A stretch of 64,000 bases of DNA from Planctomycetes bacterium GWF2_41_51 (GCA_001825665.1 MHXZ01000042.1:35599-99598), one strand, 5' to 3'. Counted from the first letter of the stretch, positions 48,682-57,748 are shown. A program made the numbers and translations. The notes: a model not told the origin generated them from the letters alone.

Positions 48682-48764
48682 AATTTTGGGGTTGTGAATG
48701 GTTTGGGCGGCAGAAGAAAACCCCCGGCTGAGCCGGGGGCTAATTTTGAGTTGTGAGTGGTTTG
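48682..48764. repeat. Direct repeat - GC hairpin - direct repeat module
   Basis: AATTTTGGGGTTGTGAATGGTTTG (48682-48705) and AATTTTGAGTTGTGAGTGGTTTG (48742-48764) flank CCCCCGGC-tga-GCCGGGGG (48721-48739). Confidence 0.6.
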
Positions 48765-48884
48765 TTGAGGGGATGGCGCGGGGGCGTATTTTTTTTAGAA
48801 ACTTATCTGGAATAAGAGATAAAGATATGTTACTGTTACACTAAGGTGGAAAATGTTGTTAATGTGATTTTTTGGGGTGCCTGA

Positions 48885-49262
48885 ATGAGTGAAAAACAAT
48901 TTAACATCGAAACTGAAATGGACGACCTTCGCAAAGAACTTGAAAACTTTCAGCAGGAAAAGGAACGCGTCAGGGCGATAGTCGGCAAAATCGGGGGCGT
49001 ACCAACGTATCATTCCAAACTCGCAAATATCATCTTTATAATAGTTCTTGTTGTATCTGTGATAATTTCACTTATCGGCGGTGAAAAAATCAGGTCTCTT
49101 ATGATAGAGGCGGCGGTTATCGCACTGTCAATTAAGATTATCTATATGATTCACTGCCAAACGAAAGTAAATCATTTCAAGCTGTGGATGCTCTCATCCA
49201 TCGAATGGCGGCTGAATGAAATTATGAAGCTCGTCAGAAAATCGGAAAACAATAAAACGTAA
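48885..49262 (+). CDS. Hypothetical protein (N-terminal coiled segment plus 2 TM)
   Basis: ORF of 125 aa with two hydrophobic segments. Confidence 0.45.
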   Translation: MSEKQFNIETEMDDLRKELENFQQEKERVRAIVGKIGGVPTYHSKLANIIFIIVLVVSVIISLIGGEKIRSLMIEAAVIALSIKIIYMIHCQTKVNHFKLWMLSSIEWRLNEIMKLVRKSENNKT

Positions 49263-49270
49263 CTTCCGAT

Positions 49271-51550
49271 TTAATTTGTTTTGGTTCTAATAGCTAAATT
49301 TGTACGGAGCCAGACATCGCAGGTGTGAATCGCGAGTAAAATGTATTCACGTCTCGATGTGCCGAACTGTTCCAATCTCTTACTTAGTTCCGCGAATACG
49401 GGCTTGAAATTTTTATCGATATAATCTTTTGGTATCGCATCGAAAATCGGCCAAAGAAGTTCATCGCTCAAACTCGGTTTTTCGGCGGCGAAGCAGTCAG
49501 CGCAAATAGTTACAAGCTCAAGCAAATCATTGCTCAAATTTAATTTCTGCATTGGCTTTTTCAATTTCATCATCGCTTCACAGATTGTAGTTGACCAATC
49601 GGTGCGGGCGGAGCGGTATAGTTTTATATATGTTCGTTCGCTTCCGATGATTTTCGCGGCAGCGAGAGCAAGTTCGCCTCGGAAAGTTTCTGTTTGTGAT
49701 TCGCTAAGCAATTTTAAAATATCGTCGAGTGCGGGCATATATTTCAGGGTGCCGAGTGCGGATGCGTAAGCGGTTTTGAGTGCGTGGTCAGTTTCATTTT
49801 TTAAAAGGTCGAGCAGTTCCGCTGCGATTTCCTTATCATCGAGTCCTGCGAGCGCTCTTGCGCTTCTTGCTCTTAAAATTCTGTATGGTGCATCGAGCTG
49901 TTTTCGCAGTGCGGGAATTGCGGAGGCATCGCCGATTTGGCCGAGGGCCCAAGATGCTGTTGCGCTTAACTCTATATCGGCGCCGTTTACCACATCAATC
50001 AAAGCTAAAACAGTTCTGCGGTTGGGCTTTCTTGTTGCCATCGCTACGATAGCTTCGTAACGGACATCGAAACTTGGGTCATTGAGCGCTTCGACGAGTT
50101 CATCGTTATTGAAGGCGTTATCGAGCCGGCCGAGGTCTCGGGTTGTTTCGATTCTTTCCTGTTCTTCTCCCGCCCAGCGATAACGTATAATGGTGTTAAA
50201 CGTGCCGAACAGGCCGAAAGGGACGTTCTCGAATAAATGGCCTACGAATTCCTTTGTGGTGATTTCGCTGTCGGCTTTAATTTTTCCGATGATATAAATC
50301 GCGGCTACCGGCATCGCGATATGAAGTGCGAAAATCGGCAGGAAAGAATTTACCTTAATGTGCAGCAGCATAACTTCGGACTGGTCGAGATTGCTGAAAA
50401 ATTTAAGCGCGATACCGACTGCGAGTGGGCCGAGGCCTGCGAAGAAACCTGTCCAGGCGAACCAGACTGCATGATATGAAGTTTTTCTATCGGGTGGAAA
50501 AATAGTTAAGAACAGGTATCTGTCAATTCCTATAAGATAAGCGACGCAAACAAGTCCGCCGAAGAACGATACTGCCATTGCGGAATAGAAGCTCATATTT
50601 CCTGCGTGGCGCGGAATCGCGTACCAGAGGAAGGGCATCATAATATGGAACATCACACCTGTAACGAACACGGGTTTTCCGCCGAAGCGGTCGGCAGCCC
50701 AACCCCAGAAATAAACGGCCAAAATGGTTCCCAAGGTTGTCCACATCGTGAGGTGAACGACTTTTCCGCTTTCGATGCCGATGATATCCTTCATATAAAG
50801 CGGAATGAAGGATGCGACGCCCTGCACGATGAAAATAAAAATAGCGATTCCCCAAAGCAGTCCGACGAAATCTTTGTCTTTGAAAGCCTTGAGCATATTT
50901 AGGTAATGTTCTTTGCTGTGGCTTTTTCTTTTAATTTGTGCGCCGCCGGGGAAAAAGCCGTGGCTTATGACGGAGAGGATGCCGACACTTGCGCCGAGTC
51001 CGATAAGAAACATAAACCCAGAGAGTCCCTTGGATTTTGCAATCCAGAAACCTGCGAACCATGTTCCGCCGAGGACTATGATGCTGCACAGGAAGGTGTT
51101 GAGCGCGATGATTTTGCTGCGGATATTTGTTGGAAGTATTTCCTGGCTCCACGGGCCGCCGGCGGTTAGACCTGTTACGAGGGATACGGAAAAGACGAGC
51201 ATAATGAATGTAACCCACAAAAACGCACCGGTGGAGCCGTAATTTGCGGCGACATTGGGGGTATAGAGCAGGCCGAAGAGGATTGTTGTTCGAAGGCCGA
51301 AAAATATTAAACAGGATTTTTTATAGCCTATTCTTTCGACGAACGGTGCGACGAAAACGGATAAAACCTGGAAGAAAAGAGGCAGAGCGACTAAAATACC
51401 GATGCGGGCTTTGTCGAAATTAAGCGCATCGAGAAAGAGGATCAATACAGGCCCGAAAATAAAGGAAATCCTGATATTGTCCAGCATCCCTGCAGCCAGC
51501 CACCATGGTAATCGCTTTTTACGCTCCGCGTTTGTTGGAATCGCCGTCAT
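49271..51550 (-). CDS. MFS-type transporter fused to a C-terminal HEAT-repeat (PBS-lyase-like) domain
   Basis: About 430 aa with 12-14 TM segments. Then come repeats such as LNDPSFDVRYEAIVAMA, ATASWALGQIGDASAIPALRKQL and RARSARALAGL. Confidence 0.7.
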   Translation of the reverse strand: MTAIPTNAERKKRLPWWLAAGMLDNIRISFIFGPVLILFLDALNFDKARIGILVALPLFFQVLSVFVAPFVERIGYKKSCLIFFGLRTTILFGLLYTPNVAANYGSTGAFLWVTFIMLVFSVSLVTGLTAGGPWSQEILPTNIRSKIIALNTFLCSIIVLGGTWFAGFWIAKSKGLSGFMFLIGLGASVGILSVISHGFFPGGAQIKRKSHSKEHYLNMLKAFKDKDFVGLLWGIAIFIFIVQGVASFIPLYMKDIIGIESGKVVHLTMWTTLGTILAVYFWGWAADRFGGKPVFVTGVMFHIMMPFLWYAIPRHAGNMSFYSAMAVSFFGGLVCVAYLIGIDRYLFLTIFPPDRKTSYHAVWFAWTGFFAGLGPLAVGIALKFFSNLDQSEVMLLHIKVNSFLPIFALHIAMPVAAIYIIGKIKADSEITTKEFVGHLFENVPFGLFGTFNTIIRYRWAGEEQERIETTRDLGRLDNAFNNDELVEALNDPSFDVRYEAIVAMATRKPNRRTVLALIDVVNGADIELSATASWALGQIGDASAIPALRKQLDAPYRILRARSARALAGLDDKEIAAELLDLLKNETDHALKTAYASALGTLKYMPALDDILKLLSESQTETFRGELALAAAKIIGSERTYIKLYRSARTDWSTTICEAMMKLKKPMQKLNLSNDLLELVTICADCFAAEKPSLSDELLWPIFDAIPKDYIDKNFKPVFAELSKRLEQFGTSRREYILLAIHTCDVWLRTNLAIRTKTN

Positions 51551-51659
51551 TTACTACACCTATTTTGTCGCAAATCTAAAATCATAGTATTTTATATACG
51601 TTCATTATAAGGAAAAATCGTAAAATAGCACAGAATCCTTTAAAAATTTGATTTGAGTA

Positions 51660-51688
51660 TTGACACTGATTGTAAATAACTAATAATA
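51660..51688 (+). promoter_or_regulatory. Candidate promoter (TTGACA plus an A/T-rich -10) with a ~130-nt structured leader
   Basis: TTGACA at 51660-65. Leader hairpins are TACCCTT-aa-AGGGTA (51719-33) and GGGTAAGT-13 nt-ACTTACCC (51754-82). Confidence 0.35.
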
Positions 51689-51818
51689 AGCCCAAGATAC
51701 ATCTTGAATAAACCGGAGTACCCTTAAAGGGTAGAAAACTCTCGCGATTGAAAGGGTAAGTTATTATTTCAAACACTTACCCAGGGATTGGCGGGAAAAT
51801 TCAATTAGGAACAGTAGA

Positions 51819-52187
51819 ATGGAAAAAATTTTATTGATTGCGGTTTGTTTAATCGCATCGGCAGCGTTTGCGGAAAGCAATTTGCCGCAGGGGCAGGGTG
51901 GAAATGAATCGCCTGAGCAAATGCGTCAGAGAATTGAAGAGATGCAGCGGCCGGGAAGAGAAATGCCGCAAGTTTCGCCAAATGAAACGATTTCGATTCC
52001 TTATAAGCAGCAGCTTGCACAGGAATATCAGAAACATAATTATCGGGTTGCGGTTTTGGAACGCATTCGCGAGTTGGCGCGTGAAGCAGGCAGGGCGGAT
52101 ATTATTTCCAAAGTTGATGAGCTGATGAAACTCGAAAATAACAGGCATGTGAAAAAAATTAACAAGCTTCAGTTTCGAGCTAAATAA
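51819..52187 (+). CDS. Small secreted protein
   Basis: Signal peptide MEKILLIAVCLIASAAFA; charged, helical remainder. Confidence 0.5.
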   Translation: MEKILLIAVCLIASAAFAESNLPQGQGGNESPEQMRQRIEEMQRPGREMPQVSPNETISIPYKQQLAQEYQKHNYRVAVLERIRELAREAGRADIISKVDELMKLENNRHVKKINKLQFRAK

Positions 52188-52202
52188 TTGGAGAACAGAA
52201 AA

Positions 52203-52430
52203 ATGCGAACAACATTGATTGCAATAATTTTCGTTAGTTTGATTTTTTGTTTCGGCTGCAAAAAAGAACAGCCGCAGGTTGAGACGAATGTACCGGCAGC
52301 AGAGCGGCAATTACCATTGAAGGAGCAGGAGAAACAAAAAGCACAAGAAAATATAACGACAGAAAATATGAATCAGGAACTGGAAAAAGTTGAGGAAGAA
52401 ATTCGGCAGGACATAAACAGTGATAAGTAA
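52203..52430 (+). CDS. Small lipoprotein
   Basis: MRTTLIAIIFVSLIFCFGC lipobox-like motif; GGAG RBS. Confidence 0.5.
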   Translation: MRTTLIAIIFVSLIFCFGCKKEQPQVETNVPAAERQLPLKEQEKQKAQENITTENMNQELEKVEEEIRQDINSDK

Positions 52431-52457
52431 GTAATAAATTTTTTTAAGGAGAGTACA

Positions 52458-52580
52458 ATGTTACGAAAAATACTGTTAGTTGCGGCTGTTGCGTTTATGC
52501 TTTTCTCGTTTGGGTGCAGGACTGAACCGGAACCCGGAACACCTCCAGAAACGCCGCCGGCTCCGAATATGCCAGAATAA
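52458..52580 (+). CDS. Unannotated 40-aa Pro-rich lipoprotein (MLRKILLVAAVAFMLFSFGCRTEPEPGTPPETPPAPNMPE)
   Basis: AAGGAGAG RBS, an FGC lipobox-like motif, and a terminator directly after. I translated it by hand. Confidence 0.4.
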   Translation: MLRKILLVAAVAFMLFSFGCRTEPEPGTPPETPPAPNMPE

Positions 52581-52598
52581 TCAGAGCAGTAAAAAAAT

Positions 52599-52623
52599 GG
52601 GCAGGTGTTTGGCCTGCCCTTTA
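52599..52623 (+). terminator. Rho-independent terminator
   Basis: GGGCAGG-tgtttgg-CCTGCCC-TTTAT. Confidence 0.65.
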
Positions 52624-52633
52624 TATCAATTCA

Positions 52634-53362
52634 ATGATGAAACCATCGTGCGACTATTCGATAGTTATACCTGCATATAACGAAGAGGATTTTCTACCTA
52701 ATACTCTTGCATCTGTAAAAGAGGCGCAGCTATCTGTACCGCAGCGCAGCGGCGAAGTTATCGTCGTTGATAATAATTCCACAGACAAGACGGCTCAAAT
52801 AGCGAAAGAGTTCGGGGCGATTGTTGTATTTGAACCTGTCAATCAGATTTCACGCGCAAGAAATGCCGGCGCGAAAATCGCGAACGGAAAATATTTTATT
52901 TTTCTTGATGCCGATACAACTCTTTCGCAGCGACTTTTGCAAAAAACTCTCGAGCTTCTTGACAGCGGCAAAATCGCGGGCGGGGGGACAATAGTTGATG
53001 ATAAGCAGGTAAGTCTTGCACGAGAGAAATTTTTGATTCGGCTTTGGAATTTTATTTCGCGGGTCAGGACACTTGCCGCGGGGCTGTTTCTTTTTTGCCT
53101 GGCTGAGGGGTGGCGTGATGTCGGCGGGTTCGATGAAACTGTTTATATCGCGGAGGAATTGATTTTTTCGAAGCGCCTGAAAAAATGGGCGAAGAAAAAG
53201 AATATGAAATTCTGCATTTTAGATATTCCCATACAAACATCGTGGCGAAAATATCAGTGGTTCGATTATAAAACGCTCGTTTTCGGTCTGACATTCGGGT
53301 GGTTTTTCAAAAAGAACAAGGCGAAATGCCATATATGGTACGATAGAAAACAAATCCATTAG
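52634..53362 (+). CDS. Family-2 glycosyltransferase
   Basis: SIVIPAYNEE..., VVDNNSTD and FLDADT motifs. Confidence 0.8.
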   Translation: MMKPSCDYSIVIPAYNEEDFLPNTLASVKEAQLSVPQRSGEVIVVDNNSTDKTAQIAKEFGAIVVFEPVNQISRARNAGAKIANGKYFIFLDADTTLSQRLLQKTLELLDSGKIAGGGTIVDDKQVSLAREKFLIRLWNFISRVRTLAAGLFLFCLAEGWRDVGGFDETVYIAEELIFSKRLKKWAKKKNMKFCILDIPIQTSWRKYQWFDYKTLVFGLTFGWFFKKNKAKCHIWYDRKQIH

Positions 53363-53433
53363 TTCTTTTAAGAAACGTGCATTTCTGTTATAATCCCGCG
53401 ATTAAATCAAAAGTTTATTTATCAGGTTATATT

Positions 53434-54753
53434 ATGGCATTACCAGTAGTAGCAATTGTAGGCAGGCCGAATGTGGGCAAAAGTTCGCTTTTTAACGCAA
53501 TCGCGGGCGAAATGATAAGCATTGTCGAGCCGACGGCGGGCGTTACTCGCGACCGCATCAGCGCGATTATTGAGCGGAATGAACGGTTTTTCGAACTAAT
53601 CGATACCGGCGGGTATGGAATTGTCGATTCCGACCAGCTCAAGGAACATATTGAGAATCAGATTCAACTTGCAATCAACTCCGCAGATGTGGTGGTTTTC
53701 GTTGTGGACATTCGCGACGGACTTGTGCCGCTCGATGAGCAGGTTGCAAGGATGTTGAGAAAAAACGATCTCAATGTAATTCTTGTGGCTAATAAAGCGG
53801 ACGAAGCGCCGATGTTTCCGCGCGCTGCGGAATTCGCGAAACTTGGATTCGGAAATGCGCTTTGCGTTTCGGCGACGAACAATCTCAATAAACAGCTTCT
53901 TGTCGAGAAGATAAATGAATTCTTAAAAGACAAAAGCACGGAAAGACCTGACAATATTGAAATGCACCTCGCGATTGTCGGCAAAAGAAACGCCGGCAAA
54001 AGCACACTCACCAACGCAATCGCAGGTCAGGAGCGTGTCATTGTAAGCGAAATGCCGGGCACAACTCGCGACGCAGTTGATGTTCGTTTCGAAAGGGACG
54101 GCAAAACTTTCGTGGTTATCGATACGGCGGGTGTTCGCAAAAAAAGCAGTATCGCAGACAGCATAGAATTTTACAGTTATGTAAGGGCGACAAAATCAAT
54201 CAGCAGGGCAGATGTTGTTATGTTATTGATTGACGCGACTGAGCCGCTGTCGCAGGTTGATAAAAGACTCGCATCGTTTATAGCGGAAGAATACAAAGCG
54301 TGCATTCTCGTTGTGAACAAATGGGATTTGGCCAAAGACAGCGCCTCTACGGAAGATTATGTAAAATATCTCGGCAAGATGTTTCCTCAACTGACTTATG
54401 CGCCGATTGCATTTACCACGGCGACGGAGAACAGAAACGTTCAAGCGGTTCTCGATTTGGCAAATGAGCTTTTCAAACAGGCGATAACAAAAATATCGAC
54501 ACCGAAGTTAAATAAGGCAATAGAGCTGATTACTCAGGAGCGCCTTGGCGGCAGGTCTAAAGCGGGCAGTCTGCCGAAAATTTATTACGCGACGCAGGTT
54601 GCGATAAAACCAATAACGCTGATTTTGTTTGTGAATAGAATCGATTTGTTCGATGAGAACTTCAGAAGATATTTAATCAACAAGCTTCGCGACCATTTGG
54701 GATTTGCGGAGGTTCCAATCAGACTTCTTGTTCGGCCGAGACGGCGAGAATAG
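53434..54753 (+). CDS. der: Ribosome-biogenesis GTPase Der (EngA)
   Basis: Two GTPase domains (GRPNVGKSS...DTGG and GKRNAGKST...DTAG) plus a KH-like C-terminus. The start is at ATG 53434. Confidence 0.9.
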   Translation: MALPVVAIVGRPNVGKSSLFNAIAGEMISIVEPTAGVTRDRISAIIERNERFFELIDTGGYGIVDSDQLKEHIENQIQLAINSADVVVFVVDIRDGLVPLDEQVARMLRKNDLNVILVANKADEAPMFPRAAEFAKLGFGNALCVSATNNLNKQLLVEKINEFLKDKSTERPDNIEMHLAIVGKRNAGKSTLTNAIAGQERVIVSEMPGTTRDAVDVRFERDGKTFVVIDTAGVRKKSSIADSIEFYSYVRATKSISRADVVMLLIDATEPLSQVDKRLASFIAEEYKACILVVNKWDLAKDSASTEDYVKYLGKMFPQLTYAPIAFTTATENRNVQAVLDLANELFKQAITKISTPKLNKAIELITQERLGGRSKAGSLPKIYYATQVAIKPITLILFVNRIDLFDENFRRYLINKLRDHLGFAEVPIRLLVRPRRRE

Positions 54754-54762
54754 AATATCGAT

Positions 54763-55842
54763 TTAGAATTTTTCGCCAGGGTCAGCCATAGATTTTTCCT
54801 GCGAGAAATTAATCGCTCGTATAGGATAGGGAATATTAATTCCTTCTTTAGCGTATCTTTCGTGCAGATTTTTTATAAACTCGTGTTTAATAAGATATTG
54901 GTCAGTGAATTCTTTCGCACGCAGTATAACTGAAAAATTGATACTGAAATCCGAAAACGTGTGATACCTGATAAAGGGTTCAAATTCGGGCACGCCTCCT
55001 TTGACTTCCTTCAACGTTTCTTTTGCGACTTCAATTGTAACTTTTTCAACGTGTTTCAAATCGCTGTTATAGTGGACTCCTACCTGCATCAGCACGGACA
55101 TTTCTTTTTCGGGCAGGTAGTAATTTGTGGCGATGGCCTTTGTCAATTTTTCGTTTGGGATTAAAATTAAATTGTTTGCAAGAGCTCTTATTTTTGTCGC
55201 TCTCCAGGTGATATCGACAACATAACCTTCTTCGCCGGAATCGAGTTTAACATAATCGCCGACCCTGATTTGTCTGCTCATAACGACATAAAAGCCCGCG
55301 AAAATATTTCCGAGCGTATCCTGCATCGCAAGCGCAACGGCAAGGCCGCCGACGCCCAATGTAGCAAGTATTGGGGCAATCGAAATGCCGAGAGTATTAA
55401 GTATAATTAAAATGCCGACCATAAGAATTATGACTCGGGCGATGTTCTGGGTGAGCGATGTTATCGGTAGAACGCCTTCGATTTGGCCTGAATGTTTGGA
55501 TATCATTATTGTAGTCAAATTTACCGTCATAAGCGTAATCGAGAGCAGACCCAGCGCGAGCAGAATCTTTCCAACGATATTAACTATGTTTCCGGGGAGT
55601 ACCGATACTTCGAGAGCGAGATAAATACCGAGCATAAGAAACCAAATAATCACCGGGCCGCGAACGATTTCTTTTGTAAGTCTGCCGATTTTGCTTGTGT
55701 GAGACCATTTTGAGAGCCTTACAGAGATAATGCCTCTTACGATTAAACCAACAATAATCGTTGCGAACAAAACAGTTACCGGCAGAATCGCCATATTCAG
55801 CGACGTCCAAATTTTATTCATTATTTCATTAGCGGTGTTCAT
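54763..55842 (-). CDS. MscS-family mechanosensitive channel
   Basis: Multi-TM N-terminus followed by NIFAGFYVVMSRQIRVGDYV, the MscS beta-domain signature. Confidence 0.85.
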   Translation of the reverse strand: MNTANEIMNKIWTSLNMAILPVTVLFATIIVGLIVRGIISVRLSKWSHTSKIGRLTKEIVRGPVIIWFLMLGIYLALEVSVLPGNIVNIVGKILLALGLLSITLMTVNLTTIMISKHSGQIEGVLPITSLTQNIARVIILMVGILIILNTLGISIAPILATLGVGGLAVALAMQDTLGNIFAGFYVVMSRQIRVGDYVKLDSGEEGYVVDITWRATKIRALANNLILIPNEKLTKAIATNYYLPEKEMSVLMQVGVHYNSDLKHVEKVTIEVAKETLKEVKGGVPEFEPFIRYHTFSDFSINFSVILRAKEFTDQYLIKHEFIKNLHERYAKEGINIPYPIRAINFSQEKSMADPGEKF

Positions 55843-55910
55843 AAGTTGATTCCTTTAATACAGAGCCTGCACTTGCAATAACAATTCATGCACTGTCTAA
55901 ACAGATATGA

Positions 55911-56927
55911 TTACGGCATCATCATCAGACCATTTTGATTTGGGTCGATGACAGGCACTAATCTGAATTTTGCCTCGGCCGGGTCGCCTCTAAGGCGGAT
56001 TTTATCTTCGCGCAAAAACGTGGTCGGGAAATTATAATTTATCTGCCGAGTAACTTCCGGTTTGCCTACATCATCGTCCTGAATATCAAGGAGCACTTCG
56101 AATTGTTTTTGTTCATAGGCGTCTCTTGCTTCGGGTGTAGCGAGAATCGGAATGCCGCCGACTTCAGGCCTTTTTATGAATTCAACTTCATATCTTCCCA
56201 CGAGATTTGCACTGAAAGTAAATCCGAGAGTTCCGCGGATTGTATATGGTTTCATATCTTCGCTAATGGCGGGCAGTTCGACCTTAACTGTCGCATCAGA
56301 ATACCGCACTTCATTTTTAGCCAACTCAATATACGGATTTTTGGTTATTGATCCGGCGCGAGCCTGTTTTCTTTCTGTTGCTGACGGGAGTTTAACTTTC
56401 GACTCGGTAACCTGGTCGGGCGCGTACATTGTAATTATATCGGGTGTGATTTTCGCGCTGGGAATTTCATTATCCATTTCGTCAACGCATTTTATCGGCA
56501 GTGTTTTTTCTTTGAGCGCGACAACTTGTATATCGTCGAGCTTGTCTGGGTGGGCAAACTTTACTGTCAGTCCATACTCCTGAATTTTTTCACTTTCAGC
56601 GAGAAATTTCCGCACATCCGGCAAACTGTACTTTCCGGGGGTTTCCATATTTTCTTTTGCAGGGTCGAAAATGACGTCTAATTTTTCTTCGCCGGCCTGG
56701 ATTTTGCGGTTTAGTTCGCTGACTTTTACCGATGGGCCGCGCAAGTCCGCTTTTACCTGGATTTCTGTTTTGCCGTCGATTGTAACCCAAAGCTGCGGGT
56801 CTGCTTTGCTTGCGATGATGGTCATAGTCTGGCCTGTCAGGTCTTTATCAAGGGAAAGGTCCGCCCAAATCCAGATAAGACAGGTTATAAATATAACAAG
56901 ACCGGCTTTTTTAAATTTTGCTAACAT
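55911..56927 (-). CDS. Membrane-anchored hypothetical protein (weakly YbbR-like)
   Basis: N-terminal TM (GLVIFITCLIWIWADL) and a repetitive beta-rich ectodomain. The family assignment is not secure. Confidence 0.45.
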   Translation of the reverse strand: MLAKFKKAGLVIFITCLIWIWADLSLDKDLTGQTMTIIASKADPQLWVTIDGKTEIQVKADLRGPSVKVSELNRKIQAGEEKLDVIFDPAKENMETPGKYSLPDVRKFLAESEKIQEYGLTVKFAHPDKLDDIQVVALKEKTLPIKCVDEMDNEIPSAKITPDIITMYAPDQVTESKVKLPSATERKQARAGSITKNPYIELAKNEVRYSDATVKVELPAISEDMKPYTIRGTLGFTFSANLVGRYEVEFIKRPEVGGIPILATPEARDAYEQKQFEVLLDIQDDDVGKPEVTRQINYNFPTTFLREDKIRLRGDPAEAKFRLVPVIDPNQNGLMMMP

Positions 56928-56973
56928 CTATACTTATATATAAGCAAAAAAACGTGATTGTAAAGCAAGTTTT

Positions 56974-56987
56974 ATACCAATTGGTAT
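56974..56987. promoter_or_regulatory. Perfect 14-bp palindrome ATACCAATTGGTAT upstream of 55911-56927
   Basis: Read directly, 47 nt upstream of the ATG. Confidence 0.3.
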
Positions 56988-57149
56988 TATTACTCGCGCG
57001 TTGCGAGGTACGCTAAATTATTTACCAGCTTCGCTTTACCCCCCTGCGGGGACTGGAGCCGCGGAGTACCGCACGAATATTTTTTGGGATTTGTATTATA
57101 CCCTCTTTAAACTCCAAAAGTTCATATTTTATTCAAACTGCTGTTGATT

Positions 57150-57563
57150 TTAGCCTGGATACATAAATTCGGGGACGCGTTTTGGTCTTCCGTTATCATC
57201 GACGCAGGCCAGAACGCTCCAGCCTTCCGCCAGCAGAAGTCCGACTCCGGGGCGGATAAGTTTGTAAGAATGTACAATTTTTGCGGCAGTTACTTTTGTG
57301 CATTCGGTAACTAATTCGAGTGTTTCATCATAAAGGGCGGGTCTTCGGTATTTGACGTGAAGTTCGGCAACAACCATATAAAAACTCTCCCGTTCGAGGT
57401 CGCTGTACGCAAGTCCGTTAGCGCGAAGAAGTTCGGTTCTGCCCATTTCGAAATAGATTGGATAGACGCTATGATGGACAACGCCTGCCTGGTCGGTTTC
57501 GCAGTATCGGGGCACTACGGTTATCGTGTGCGATTGAACGGTCGTTTTTTCCGGGAAAATCAT
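57150..57563 (-). CDS. YbgC/4HBT-family acyl-CoA thioesterase
   Basis: VRYCETDQAGVVHHSVYPIYFEMGRTELLR hotdog signature. Confidence 0.8.
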   Translation of the reverse strand: MIFPEKTTVQSHTITVVPRYCETDQAGVVHHSVYPIYFEMGRTELLRANGLAYSDLERESFYMVVAELHVKYRRPALYDETLELVTECTKVTAAKIVHSYKLIRPGVGLLLAEGWSVLACVDDNGRPKRVPEFMYPG

Positions 57564-57719
57564 GTCGGCAAGATTAGCAAATTATCAAAAATTATCAAGA
57601 ACTGTTACAAAAAACAACTTATAAAGTCCGGTAAAAAAGAACGAAAAACCCTTAAAACCGGCTTGTAGTGCTCTTCGTAAAAATAGATATGGGATTTAAA
57701 AAAAATGAAATTACCTAAA

Positions 57720-57748
57720 TTGACATTCAGTCAATTATCTGTTAAAAT
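57720..57748 (+). promoter_or_regulatory. Sigma70-like promoter (TTGACA-17 nt-TAAAAT)
   Basis: Hexamers at 57720-25 and 57743-48, upstream of the lipoprotein and cdaA genes. Confidence 0.5.
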
